The translations under genes and the position numbers were made by a program. A DNA stretch of 64,000 bases from positions 32,001 to 96,000 of the IMG/VR virus record IMGVR_UViG_3300032116_000032; one strand, written 5' to 3'. The notes beneath the pieces were generated by a model. That model was given only the letters and a program-made list of their open reading frames with translations. It was not told the origin of the DNA and made no database searches. The stretch is from a virus. This document shows, one piece after another, positions 39,145 through 49,338 of this stretch (the stretch's first letter is position 1; every line of letters begins with the position of its first letter).

Positions 39145-40937
39145 TGACAGTAGATCCATCAACAAGAATAATAGAATCAACGCAGAGATATAAATCGGCA
39201 CCAAAAGTTGATCAATTTATAAATGTACCGTTCGCTCAAACTTCAAAAGACTTAATCGAATATGATAGAAGTGTTGATTTGAGTTTGGCAACTGTTTTTG
39301 ATGAAGAAAGACAAGCGTCCACAATATTCAGACCTGTTACCAAATTTACGGTTTTATTTGAAAACGCTTATACTGGGTCAACAAAATATGTTCCATATAG
39401 AGATAATCTATATTATACAAATGAACTAAATAACGCTATTCTATATTACCCATCAGGAAATTTTGGACCAAACCCATCAACAGTCCAAACAGTTCAGTGG
39501 ACAGGATTTCCACAATATTATGAATTCGATTTTATACGAACAGATAATGATGTAATTGGTTATACTCAACCACCAAATAATCATTTAGATTTTAAAAACG
39601 TAAGTGCAACAACTTACAATTGGAGTCACTATTTAAGTTATGCTTTTATAAATGATTATAATAAAAATTTATTTGCCGTTGAACCTAATTCTCAAATTAA
39701 TTGGTCTTGGGTTGCTTCAGATGGTTTACCATACTATATAATGGTGGGTAACGATTTGAATGGGTTGAATATTACATTTAAGTGTCCTGTAGAACATGGT
39801 TTACAAGTAGGAGAGTTTGTTTTATTATCAACAAACTATAACGGAACTGAAATGTTTCAGGTATCAAGTTTGGGGGACACTGGAGATGGATCGGACGCAT
39901 TTATTTTCAACATTAAAAATATTGGTTATACAGGAACAACATTCCAAACAAATTCACAAGGGACTTTCAAAAGAGTTATAAATGCCGCAAATTCGGGAGA
40001 TACTGTTAGTGAATATTATATAAGAAAACACAGAATATTAACAAATCAAGAATGTTCTGTCTTAGTAAATGCAGGGTTTGAAAGAAATATTTATGGAGAT
40101 AAAAGAAAATGTGAAATAAAAGTTTTAACACCAAATAACAAAGCTAGAGTGTCAACAAAAGAAGGTAATAGATCGTATACCCTTTCATTTAATTGTGATG
40201 TTGATATACAACCATTGAGAGATAACCAAGGAAGACCCTTAAGTGAATTATTTTTTACGTCAATTTGGAGAGGTTATTTTGGATGGACTAAAGATCTAAA
40301 ACAAGGGTGGTACTTTAACACCTTCTTAGAGAATAAAAAACCTCAATCATGGTGGGATGACAATAATGTTAACTCAAATGTTATTGTTAATCAAAATAGT
40401 TATGTTTCATTGTTAGGATCAGGACCTTTCTTTTATAATGATTTTTTACAGTCTGGTGACACTATAGATGGTGATTATTGTGAGTGGAATAATTACGAAC
40501 AATTAGAAAGAGTTATTTCTTTGTATCAACATAAAATAAAATATAACCCATTATGGTTCACACTTTATAATGATTTCTTACCCACAAATCAGCCAGGTTA
40601 TTTTTATCAACCACACAGTGCAATACAAATTGCGGCATTTTCAGATTACATTGAAGAGGGTGATTCATCAAATGTTGTTGGTATTCCTGATTATGCTTAT
40701 TACTCAACTATGGCGGCATTATTTAGATGGAGAGATAAATATCCTTATGGTTTTATTGATACTGACGGTATTGGTGTTGATTATCCGTTCTTAAATAATG
40801 CTCATTATCCTTATAAAAATACAATTTTTAGAATTACTCCTGAATTATATAATATACCAAATGATTATGCAATTTCAGGTTCGGTTCCATTGAACATAAC
40901 AACAATAGCAGAACCAACTACAGATGAATGCGAATAG
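39141..40937 (+). CDS. Putative virion structural protein
   Basis: Translationally coupled within the baseplate operon; HGLQVGEFVLL beta-barrel motif seen in phage structural proteins. Confidence 0.6.
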   Translation: MMTVDPSTRIIESTQRYKSAPKVDQFINVPFAQTSKDLIEYDRSVDLSLATVFDEERQASTIFRPVTKFTVLFENAYTGSTKYVPYRDNLYYTNELNNAILYYPSGNFGPNPSTVQTVQWTGFPQYYEFDFIRTDNDVIGYTQPPNNHLDFKNVSATTYNWSHYLSYAFINDYNKNLFAVEPNSQINWSWVASDGLPYYIMVGNDLNGLNITFKCPVEHGLQVGEFVLLSTNYNGTEMFQVSSLGDTGDGSDAFIFNIKNIGYTGTTFQTNSQGTFKRVINAANSGDTVSEYYIRKHRILTNQECSVLVNAGFERNIYGDKRKCEIKVLTPNNKARVSTKEGNRSYTLSFNCDVDIQPLRDNQGRPLSELFFTSIWRGYFGWTKDLKQGWYFNTFLENKKPQSWWDDNNVNSNVIVNQNSYVSLLGSGPFFYNDFLQSGDTIDGDYCEWNNYEQLERVISLYQHKIKYNPLWFTLYNDFLPTNQPGYFYQPHSAIQIAAFSDYIEEGDSSNVVGIPDYAYYSTMAALFRWRDKYPYGFIDTDGIGVDYPFLNNAHYPYKNTIFRITPELYNIPNDYAISGSVPLNITTIAEPTTDECE

Positions 40938-41727
40938 AATAAAAATTTTAAAAACCGAACTTGAACAATTTGTTAATATACCAATTAACATGCAATGGGA
41001 TTTTATGGGTAAAGATGATGCGATTGATGAATACGAAGTGAGTGTACTTGATCAAGTTATAGGACCTGCGGCGGATTTTGAAATTGCAAGGTTTCCACAT
41101 AATATATTTCAGAATCAAGATACAGCAATTAATTATGAATTTTATTTTTATGATGATTCACAACCAATAACAGCAAACACTGTTGGTAACTGGAATATTT
41201 CATATTTAAATAACGGATTCACCGCGGAAGAAATTTACTACTATTCAAAACCGTTTACTAAATCGTTTTTTAAGTTGGATTTTTATGATACTGCAGATGA
41301 AAGAGATCAACAAATCTATCTATCTGTAATTTTACCTGTTCAACAAGGATTAACACAAACAGTTGTTATATCTCCTTTAGTCCCACCAGTTGAAATTAAA
41401 AAACCAAAAATGGTTTTAGATTATTTAGGTGATAAAGAAGGATTTTTTATTTATTGGTTAAGAAGTAGAGATTTTATAGATGTCGATACTTTTTATGTGA
41501 CTGCAAAATTTTTTGATGCTAGGTTAGGTTTTTTTAAACAAATGACCAATACAAGACAAGATTTAATAACACCAACCAAATTTACTTTTAATAATGCAGA
41601 CTATTTCTATTATAGATATAGTTTGAATTACGCAACTAAAACTTACGAGGTATTCTCCACTTCAACAAACTTAAGAGTTGGGGACGGATTATCACCGATA
41701 AAATGGTATGAATATGTTAATCCATAA
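40924..41727 (+). CDS. Putative virion structural protein
   Basis: Coupled ORF in the baseplate operon; aromatic, beta-rich. Confidence 0.6.
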   Translation: MNANRIKILKTELEQFVNIPINMQWDFMGKDDAIDEYEVSVLDQVIGPAADFEIARFPHNIFQNQDTAINYEFYFYDDSQPITANTVGNWNISYLNNGFTAEEIYYYSKPFTKSFFKLDFYDTADERDQQIYLSVILPVQQGLTQTVVISPLVPPVEIKKPKMVLDYLGDKEGFFIYWLRSRDFIDVDTFYVTAKFFDARLGFFKQMTNTRQDLITPTKFTFNNADYFYYRYSLNYATKTYEVFSTSTNLRVGDGLSPIKWYEYVNP

Positions 41728-42902
41728 TGGAATTACAACAATATAATTTCATAATTTCTCCTGAAAACATCAAGAGTGATTTAGTATTTGTTCCTTATAC
41801 AGGGGAGACAGATATAACGACAATCATAGACCCTTGTTGTTTAACAGCATTTACATTTAGTGCAGTAACAACAGGGACAACAGGTGTTTATTTACCAATG
41901 GAATATGTGTTATCAGGAAATACAGGTGGTACATCATTTTTAACGGGATTAACGGTTAATTTAATGTTTACAGAATCTACTGTGGACATTGGGTATTACA
42001 CGCCAACGGACGGTTTAATTTTACAACTTGACGTTTTAAATAATTTTATTGTAACAGCAAATACAATAAATCCTTACACTTTCACATTTTATAATACTTC
42101 AGATTTAGAGTTAATAAAATTCTTACAATTAGTTACTTATACTTTAGATTGGGGTGATGGATCAGCACCACAAGCAGTCTTAGGTATTTCACCAATAACA
42201 CATACATATCCTGTTAGTCAAACATCTTATACAATAACACTTACGGCAAACTCACCATGGGGTATTTCAAAAGTTCAAAAAGATATTATTGTACCTTACA
42301 CAAATGCAACAATACCAAATCCAAACGGATCAATAACGTTTTATCCTGCGGGAGGTAGTTGGTCGGCAACACCTATAAGTTATGATTATATTTTTACAGG
42401 TGACTCAAACACAAACATAATTGATTATTATTCCTACAATTATACATCAGTTCCATTTCCAATAACAGGTTTAACCTTATCTTCTGTTAACGACTTAGCA
42501 CAATTTGGACCTAAAACAAATTTATATGATGGTAAATTTAAATTAGGAGTTCAGGTTACAGGAACAACAGGGGCTATTGGAACATTTTGGGGACCTGATC
42601 CGAGTAATTCTTATACAGCATATACCATAAATGGTATGACTTATTTGGACTACGAAGATTATACCATTTATGTTACAGATTCTTATGGTTTAGTTCCTGG
42701 TGATATTGTTTTAACGGCATTAACAAAAAATGAGGCTTTATTAAATGTTATAGATCAACCTGAAATCATTACTAATGTTTTTGTTGAGAGAGGTAAATAC
42801 ACACCATTGGAAAATATACAAAGAATTGGGGAAGTTGATAATGTAGGAGACTTAGAAAAATACGGATACAAATATTTCAACATTGAAAAAGTATCAACAT
42901 AA
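41727..42902 (+). CDS. Putative virion structural protein with a PKD-like Ig domain
   Basis: YTLDWGDGSAPQ...ITHTYP...YTITLTANSPWG is a PKD signature. Confidence 0.65.
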   Translation: MELQQYNFIISPENIKSDLVFVPYTGETDITTIIDPCCLTAFTFSAVTTGTTGVYLPMEYVLSGNTGGTSFLTGLTVNLMFTESTVDIGYYTPTDGLILQLDVLNNFIVTANTINPYTFTFYNTSDLELIKFLQLVTYTLDWGDGSAPQAVLGISPITHTYPVSQTSYTITLTANSPWGISKVQKDIIVPYTNATIPNPNGSITFYPAGGSWSATPISYDYIFTGDSNTNIIDYYSYNYTSVPFPITGLTLSSVNDLAQFGPKTNLYDGKFKLGVQVTGTTGAIGTFWGPDPSNSYTAYTINGMTYLDYEDYTIYVTDSYGLVPGDIVLTALTKNEALLNVIDQPEIITNVFVERGKYTPLENIQRIGEVDNVGDLEKYGYKYFNIEKVST

Positions 42903-42903
42903 C

Positions 42904-42911
42904 TATTTATA
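42904..42911 (+). promoter_or_regulatory. TATTTATA putative late promoter
   Basis: Motif 18 nt upstream of ATG 42930. Confidence 0.6.
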
Positions 42912-42929
42912 AAAAAAAAGAAAAAACAA

Positions 42930-43835
42930 ATGGCTACAGGTAATTACGGAACTATTAGACCAGCGGATGTCAGTCCTGAAGACGTGGAAATCGTTATGGT
43001 TTATACACCATCAAGAGATGACACACAAAACTTCATTTTAACAACATTAAATGCTCAAGATGTCTTAAGACCATACTTCAATAATAATGCAACAGGAGGA
43101 AATACTGTTGAAGTTTTAGGTGGGTTGTATAGTTTAAAACTACCTGCCGATCAGTTCACAAGTTTGGGAATTTATACTTTAATGATTAGACCCGCACAAA
43201 TTAGAACGACTATCACAGATTGTGGTGTTTTATCTGCTCTACCAAATGTTAAAGGAATAGTAATTGATTTGAATAATGTACCAACAGAATATAGAAATAA
43301 ATTTGTTAATCAAGGACTTGTAGGATTTAGAGTGGAATATTTGAATCCCGATGGAACAAAAATTCCTAACTTCTTTAGAATAATAACATCTTCATTCTAC
43401 TGTGAACCAGTCATTCAAAACTTAACTAACACAATTCAAAAATCTATTAGATATAGATATGTTGAAGGTGCAACAAATCTTTTATTTTGTACACTTTCAC
43501 CATCTTCATCACCAACAAACAAACCAAGTGCAACTCCGTATATCGGACAACCTAACCAAAGTATTATAATAAGTAATACTTACTTCAATCCAATATCAAC
43601 AGAGATTGAAATAGTAGATCAAGATATTTCAACTTTAGCGATAGCACTTTACGGTAACCAAACTAAATCTATTGAGGACGGTATTTACACTATTTACGAC
43701 GCTGACAATAACATCTACCAACAATACAACTTGTATGAAATTAAAGATCAGTTTAATACTCTTCTTTATGAAGTTAGACAAAATCGTAATGAAAATATCG
43801 ATTTCTCTAAAGCTTTTAATAATATTGTTGCTTAA
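42930..43835 (+). CDS. Putative virion structural protein
   Basis: Clean 301-aa ORF with the late motif, coupled to the next gene. Confidence 0.6.
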   Translation: MATGNYGTIRPADVSPEDVEIVMVYTPSRDDTQNFILTTLNAQDVLRPYFNNNATGGNTVEVLGGLYSLKLPADQFTSLGIYTLMIRPAQIRTTITDCGVLSALPNVKGIVIDLNNVPTEYRNKFVNQGLVGFRVEYLNPDGTKIPNFFRIITSSFYCEPVIQNLTNTIQKSIRYRYVEGATNLLFCTLSPSSSPTNKPSATPYIGQPNQSIIISNTYFNPISTEIEIVDQDISTLAIALYGNQTKSIEDGIYTIYDADNNIYQQYNLYEIKDQFNTLLYEVRQNRNENIDFSKAFNNIVA

Positions 43836-46822
43836 TGGCCACACAGAAGTTTACTTGTCCACCTCAAAGTAGTGCCGCCAATGAATTCTCAAATAATTTG
43901 GTTGGAGTTCAGTTAGTCACTGGAGGAGGGTTAACGCAAGCAAATTTTAACTTCACAACAAACATATCCGAAAAACAGAATAGAACGTTTAATATTGGTA
44001 CGTTTTCAGATCCAATAAATCTTGAGAGTATAAATATTGATAATAATATTGAAGCCGCTGAGATTTTAGCTAACAACTATAGAGTTTACCCAAATTATGA
44101 TTTATCTCAAGTAACAAACTTTACCCAATATGGTTCTTTAGTAAAAAGATTTTCAGTTTCAATAACTAAGATAATCAACTTTTATCCTGCAGGATTAGAG
44201 GTTTCACCAAATACAAATAAGTTTATAACTCAAGAAACGGCATTTAATATAACTTACGATGCGGTAGAGGACGACACAACTTTCGAAGTTTCAGTATCAT
44301 CTATTAGAAATCCATTTGACATAGATTACACCGTTAATGCTGAAACTAATATGTTGTTTAATGAGATGGAAGTTTCACCTCTGAGGAATATGAAATTGGA
44401 GTATAAAAAATACGCCTTAGTTGTCAACGGCAATGAATATCCTGTAAATTATTTGTACCCTACGACAAGTAATTCATCTACATTAAAATTAATTGTTGAT
44501 GGAAACCCATTCAACGGGAATTCAATATCTTACGATTATATTGTTATAAGACCAAATAACTATGAAGTTAATAAAGTATTTAATCTGAAGTTTGATCCTG
44601 TTGAGAATTTTTTATTAAATAGAAATATTAATCCTCCATATACCGCAACTTTTACAGTACCAAGAGAACAAGAAGATGGAACATTTAAGATAACAACAGA
44701 ACTTGCCACATTCCCAAAATCAGGACTTTGGAACTTAGATATTGAATCACAAACATTTGATAACTACCTAACACAAATTAACGATTTTGCAATAAATCTT
44801 GATTCATATAACACGAATTTAGTTTCAAGATTTTTAACGACAGGTGCTCTGAAAGAGTTTGATACACCTGATCATAAATTTGAAAAACTTTTACAGATTT
44901 ATGGTAGAAGTTTTGACGAAACTAAAGCATTCATTTCGGCGTTAGGTAATATTAATAGTGTTCACTATACTGTTAAAAATGATATACCGTCACAACTTTT
45001 GAAAAATTTGGCACAAACATTAGGTTGGGTAACAAACTTTTCACCTATATCGAATGAAGAATTGTTACAGGCAGTTTTTACAACACAACCAAATACTTTT
45101 CCTGGTTTACAAATAGGACCAACGCCTGAGGAAATTAATTATCAATTTTACAGAAACTTAATTATAAATTCTGCGTGGTTATTTAAATCAAAAGGAACAA
45201 GAAAATCTATTGAGTGTCTCTTGAGGATGGTTGGAGCTCCTGAGGCTTTAATTGATTTTAACGAACACATTTATGTTGCTGATCAAAGAATTAACATGAG
45301 TGAGTTTAATAAACAGTACTTACAATTATCGGGAGGAACTTTCCTACAAGAATATCCTGTATTAGAAACTAACAACACATACTCAATACAAGGTATTCAG
45401 TACACTGGTTTTACAACAACATTTGCAAATGCAACAGTTTTAACTACAAGAGAAGATTATCCTGTTGATGAATTTGGATGTCCTAAAATGCCAACACCAA
45501 CGGAGGAATACTTTTTTCAAATTGGAGGAGGATGGTTCGAATCAACACCTCAACACAGGATGCCAGAATTTGTAATCCCAACAAATCAAGTATTCATAGG
45601 CGATAATCCTAATTTCCAAACTCAACTTTTACCTTTCAACTATGGAGAGGAATATCTACAACTGTACAGACATTTCCCATATATGAATTTGGGGTATAAG
45701 ATTAGAAAAGTCCAAGATAATAAGAAAAGTTGGAGTGATACCTCACCAACACAACGAGTAAGTTCAGATGGTGGATTTAATGCTTATTATGAAGTCGGTG
45801 AAGAATGTTTAACATTGAATGTAAAAAATGTTGACATTATGATGAATCCCGCACAAGGTTTGGTTTATGATGTTTGGACAATGTCTAGACAATATAATTA
45901 CCCAATACCTGAACAAGGTTTATTCTACACTCCTGACACACCTTGTAGTGTACCAAATCCTTACCCAAGATATGGTGGAATAGATTGGACAACAATTATC
46001 CCAAAACCAAAACAAAAAACTTTCTTTGAATTTGCTCAAACATTTTGGAGAAATATGGTTAACACTAGAAACCGACAATTTATTACCGATGGTAAAACTG
46101 GAGGTTACCCAACACTACAATCAATATATTGGAAATACTTAGAATCTCAGACACAAGCAGGAATACCAAATGATAATTTTACATACCAAACTATGATAGA
46201 TTATATTAATGGTATGGGTGACTATTGGATTAGAATGGTTGAACAAATGGTCCCTGCAACTACAATATGGAACACAGGAGTTAGATTAGAAAATTCAATA
46301 TTTCATAGACAAAAATTTGTATGGAGAAGACAAGAAGGCTGTAAAATCGTTCCTGTTCCTTGTAAACCTTGTTCTTTGGCAACACAATTATTTGTATACG
46401 ATTGCCCTGTACAACAAGTGGTTTGTGGACTTTATCCTTGGAATAGTGACCCTACAATAACATCTATGGGTGCAGTCTTGAATGATACTTTAGATACTTT
46501 TTATAGCCAAAATTCATTAAACCCAACCGATTGTTTACAGAATTCAATTGTAACAACTTGGAATGTAGATTTGAGGGTAAATGGATTTGTATTGGTAATA
46601 TCACCTTTCTACACAGGTATTGGACCATTCAATATCCCAACTAATTCAGAATGGGTTGACGCTTTGAGTAGTACATTAAATAATTTACTAACCTCAGGGT
46701 ATAGTTATAATATTGATGAGGATAACGAACAAATAACAGTCTTTAACAATAATTGTCAACCTAATTTTGATGACTTTCAAATAAACATAGGACTTGAGTT
46801 CGAAATATATTGTAACGAATAA
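43835..46822 (+). CDS. Baseplate wedge protein (P2 gpI / T4 gp7-like core)
   Basis: LLKNLAQTLGW...INSAWLFKSKGTRKSIECLLRMVG resembles the gpI/gp7 core motif. Confidence 0.6.
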   Translation: MATQKFTCPPQSSAANEFSNNLVGVQLVTGGGLTQANFNFTTNISEKQNRTFNIGTFSDPINLESINIDNNIEAAEILANNYRVYPNYDLSQVTNFTQYGSLVKRFSVSITKIINFYPAGLEVSPNTNKFITQETAFNITYDAVEDDTTFEVSVSSIRNPFDIDYTVNAETNMLFNEMEVSPLRNMKLEYKKYALVVNGNEYPVNYLYPTTSNSSTLKLIVDGNPFNGNSISYDYIVIRPNNYEVNKVFNLKFDPVENFLLNRNINPPYTATFTVPREQEDGTFKITTELATFPKSGLWNLDIESQTFDNYLTQINDFAINLDSYNTNLVSRFLTTGALKEFDTPDHKFEKLLQIYGRSFDETKAFISALGNINSVHYTVKNDIPSQLLKNLAQTLGWVTNFSPISNEELLQAVFTTQPNTFPGLQIGPTPEEINYQFYRNLIINSAWLFKSKGTRKSIECLLRMVGAPEALIDFNEHIYVADQRINMSEFNKQYLQLSGGTFLQEYPVLETNNTYSIQGIQYTGFTTTFANATVLTTREDYPVDEFGCPKMPTPTEEYFFQIGGGWFESTPQHRMPEFVIPTNQVFIGDNPNFQTQLLPFNYGEEYLQLYRHFPYMNLGYKIRKVQDNKKSWSDTSPTQRVSSDGGFNAYYEVGEECLTLNVKNVDIMMNPAQGLVYDVWTMSRQYNYPIPEQGLFYTPDTPCSVPNPYPRYGGIDWTTIIPKPKQKTFFEFAQTFWRNMVNTRNRQFITDGKTGGYPTLQSIYWKYLESQTQAGIPNDNFTYQTMIDYINGMGDYWIRMVEQMVPATTIWNTGVRLENSIFHRQKFVWRRQEGCKIVPVPCKPCSLATQLFVYDCPVQQVVCGLYPWNSDPTITSMGAVLNDTLDTFYSQNSLNPTDCLQNSIVTTWNVDLRVNGFVLVISPFYTGIGPFNIPTNSEWVDALSSTLNNLLTSGYSYNIDEDNEQITVFNNNCQPNFDDFQINIGLEFEIYCNE

Positions 46823-49020
46823 TGAGTATTTTAATTTATAATTATAGTGTAACGGGGGATTGTAGTAATACAGGTAGCGGTGCGGTTTCGTTTGATATAA
46901 CTGGAAGTACACCAACAGTATCTCCTTTTAGTATTTCAGATGCAACAGGTCAAGGATTATTACCACTTTCTGCAGCAACAAATACATACTCAGTAACTGG
47001 CCTTACAGGAGGCACATATTATGCTCAACTTACAGATTCTAGTACAGAAAAAGAAGTTTTAAACATTTATATTTCAACAGGCACTACAGCAACTATTGAT
47101 TCGTCCAATACCACTTGTGGACAGAATAATGGAACCATAACAGGTTTCACGTCTGGCGTCTATGGACTTGTTTCTTTTAATTTATATGATATAAGTAATA
47201 ATTTAATTTCAGGTGTAACAACATCTAATTCTTATTATGAATTCACATCTCTTTCGGCCGGTACATATTACATTGTTGCAAACGATGGTGGTGGATGTAC
47301 AGGAATAACCGCATCTGTAATATTAAATCCTTCATCAGGTTTAACATATGGTGCATATGTTGTTGATGATGCTAGTTGTTTAGGTTCAGGTAGTGGTAAA
47401 ATTTTCTTAACAGGGTTAACACCACCATTGTCGGCATACACAATAACTTGGAGTCCTAACGCTTTAGGGCAAACAGGATCAACAATAACAGGACTAACAT
47501 CTGGATCTTATGTTGCTACTGTTACTAATTCAGTAGGATGTACGTTAAGTCAGTCATTTACTGTAAACACTATTCCGCCATTAACATCAGGTGGTTTTAT
47601 TGTGGTATCACAACCTTCTTGTTTTGCCAATGATGGTGAAGTGGAGTTTATTGTTGTTGGTGGTACTGCACCATATTTTTTTAGTGGATCATCAGGTCAA
47701 GTTGAAATAACATTTGATACTTCCGTAACTTTTACGGGACTATCTTCAGGATTATACTCATTTTTTGTGACAGATTCAGGTTTATGTACAATTTATGATT
47801 CTGTAAGTTTAATAACACCAAACTCTTTTAGTACTGTTGCAGTAACAACAACTAACTCAACTTGTTCTGTAAATGATGGTAGTATTAATGTTTTAGTTGA
47901 TGGAGGACTTAGTACTGCAACCAACTTACAAATTTCGGTATCTGGAACAACAGGTATAAGTCAAATAGGATTGTTTGGTAGTTCTAATGAAACATTTAAT
48001 GGTCTCGGAAGTGGAACATATATAGTAACAGTTGTATCTGCAGGTTGTACCTATACCGCATCAACAGTAATAAATTCTGTTAGTTTATATAGTGCAACTA
48101 CTGAAGTAACCGGAACTACATGTGGATTGAATAATGGGATTCTTGTTGTAAGTGCGTCAACAGGAGGAACTTTCCCATACACATATTCATTAACAGGACC
48201 AAGTTACAACCCAAACACTACTACAAGCCAGTTCAACACGTTTACTAATTTAGCTAACGGAAATTACGTGTTAACAATACAAGATACCTCATCACCACCT
48301 TGTATACAAACATATGCGGTTAATATACCATATAGTCAAAGTGTAAACTTTAATCTATATCCAAACCAACCTGTAAATGGTAATGACGGATCTATAACTG
48401 CGTTTATCACAAGTGGTGAACCACCTTTCACTTTAACTTGGAGTGGAGGAACTATAGGACTTCAAACAGGAAGTACTGTTACAGGTCTTACTTCAGGTCC
48501 TTACAGTCTAACTGTAACTGATGCTAGTGGTTGTACACTAACAAAATACGCAACATTAACAGGTACTAAAAAATACACTAATTATTTATACTATAATGTT
48601 TGTGATAATACATTTACAGATAGTGGGTTAGTAACTAAAAGAACTATACGAGCAATGTATTTAGAAGGGTTCAATGACTTAACTAGTGGTGATACAAACT
48701 GTATTATAAATTCTGCAACTTTTACGATTGGTGCTGAAGTTGGTGGACAATCAGCAGAAACTATATTTTATACATCTTCTGGTTCTACAGATTACCCAAA
48801 TGATATACTATGGGCAGACGCAATATCGACAATACTTAACGACTTTGTTGGAATATCAGATGTTACTATAGACCTACCTTCAAATAGAATTATCATAAAA
48901 ACAAACTGCGAAGAAATCACTAAAAACTGTGGTCCACAAACAATAAATCCATTACAAGATACTGAAATAAAAGTCAACTTATTGATTGACTATGACATAT
49001 CTTGTGTAAGTTGTAGTTAA
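46822..49020 (+). CDS. SprB-repeat (Ig-like) virion protein
   Basis: Multiple units of the type xxCxxxDGxIxVxVxGGTxPYxYxW...LxxGxYxxTVTDxxGC, e.g. NDGSITAFITSGEPPFTLTWSGG...GLTSGPYSLTVTDASGC. Confidence 0.8.
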   Translation: MSILIYNYSVTGDCSNTGSGAVSFDITGSTPTVSPFSISDATGQGLLPLSAATNTYSVTGLTGGTYYAQLTDSSTEKEVLNIYISTGTTATIDSSNTTCGQNNGTITGFTSGVYGLVSFNLYDISNNLISGVTTSNSYYEFTSLSAGTYYIVANDGGGCTGITASVILNPSSGLTYGAYVVDDASCLGSGSGKIFLTGLTPPLSAYTITWSPNALGQTGSTITGLTSGSYVATVTNSVGCTLSQSFTVNTIPPLTSGGFIVVSQPSCFANDGEVEFIVVGGTAPYFFSGSSGQVEITFDTSVTFTGLSSGLYSFFVTDSGLCTIYDSVSLITPNSFSTVAVTTTNSTCSVNDGSINVLVDGGLSTATNLQISVSGTTGISQIGLFGSSNETFNGLGSGTYIVTVVSAGCTYTASTVINSVSLYSATTEVTGTTCGLNNGILVVSASTGGTFPYTYSLTGPSYNPNTTTSQFNTFTNLANGNYVLTIQDTSSPPCIQTYAVNIPYSQSVNFNLYPNQPVNGNDGSITAFITSGEPPFTLTWSGGTIGLQTGSTVTGLTSGPYSLTVTDASGCTLTKYATLTGTKKYTNYLYYNVCDNTFTDSGLVTKRTIRAMYLEGFNDLTSGDTNCIINSATFTIGAEVGGQSAETIFYTSSGSTDYPNDILWADAISTILNDFVGISDVTIDLPSNRIIIKTNCEEITKNCGPQTINPLQDTEIKVNLLIDYDISCVSCS

Positions 49021-49317
49021 ATGCCCTCACAAGTTACAATAGTATCGGCAATAGGTATTACACCACCATTTAGTGGAACCGCTTGTGATGTCTATGGAAA
49101 TCAATGTTCATATATAGGAAGTGGAACAACTTTTCCAATAACATTTACATTACCATCACAATTCAATACGGCTCCATCATTACAATTAACATTACAAGAT
49201 TCAATTGGATGTTTAGTGTCTGAAATAATTTATTGTTCAACCGAAGGATTACCAAAACAATTCCAAAATTTACAATATTACTTTTTTATGGATGGAACTC
49301 AGTTTAATTTTCAGTAA
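49021..49317 (+). CDS. Small Cys-containing beta protein (paralog of 59929-60150)
   Basis: Shares the pattern MP[ST]Q[VI]TI...PF...CD.....C.Y...F.LP...DS..CLV.E. Confidence 0.7.
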   Translation: MPSQVTIVSAIGITPPFSGTACDVYGNQCSYIGSGTTFPITFTLPSQFNTAPSLQLTLQDSIGCLVSEIIYCSTEGLPKQFQNLQYYFFMDGTQFNFQ

Positions 49318-49323
49318 CCAAAA

Positions 49324-49331
49324 TATTTATT
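49324..49331 (+). promoter_or_regulatory. TATTTATT putative late promoter (fibre)
   Basis: Motif 7 nt upstream of ATG 49339. Confidence 0.5.
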
Positions 49332-49338
49332 ATACGAT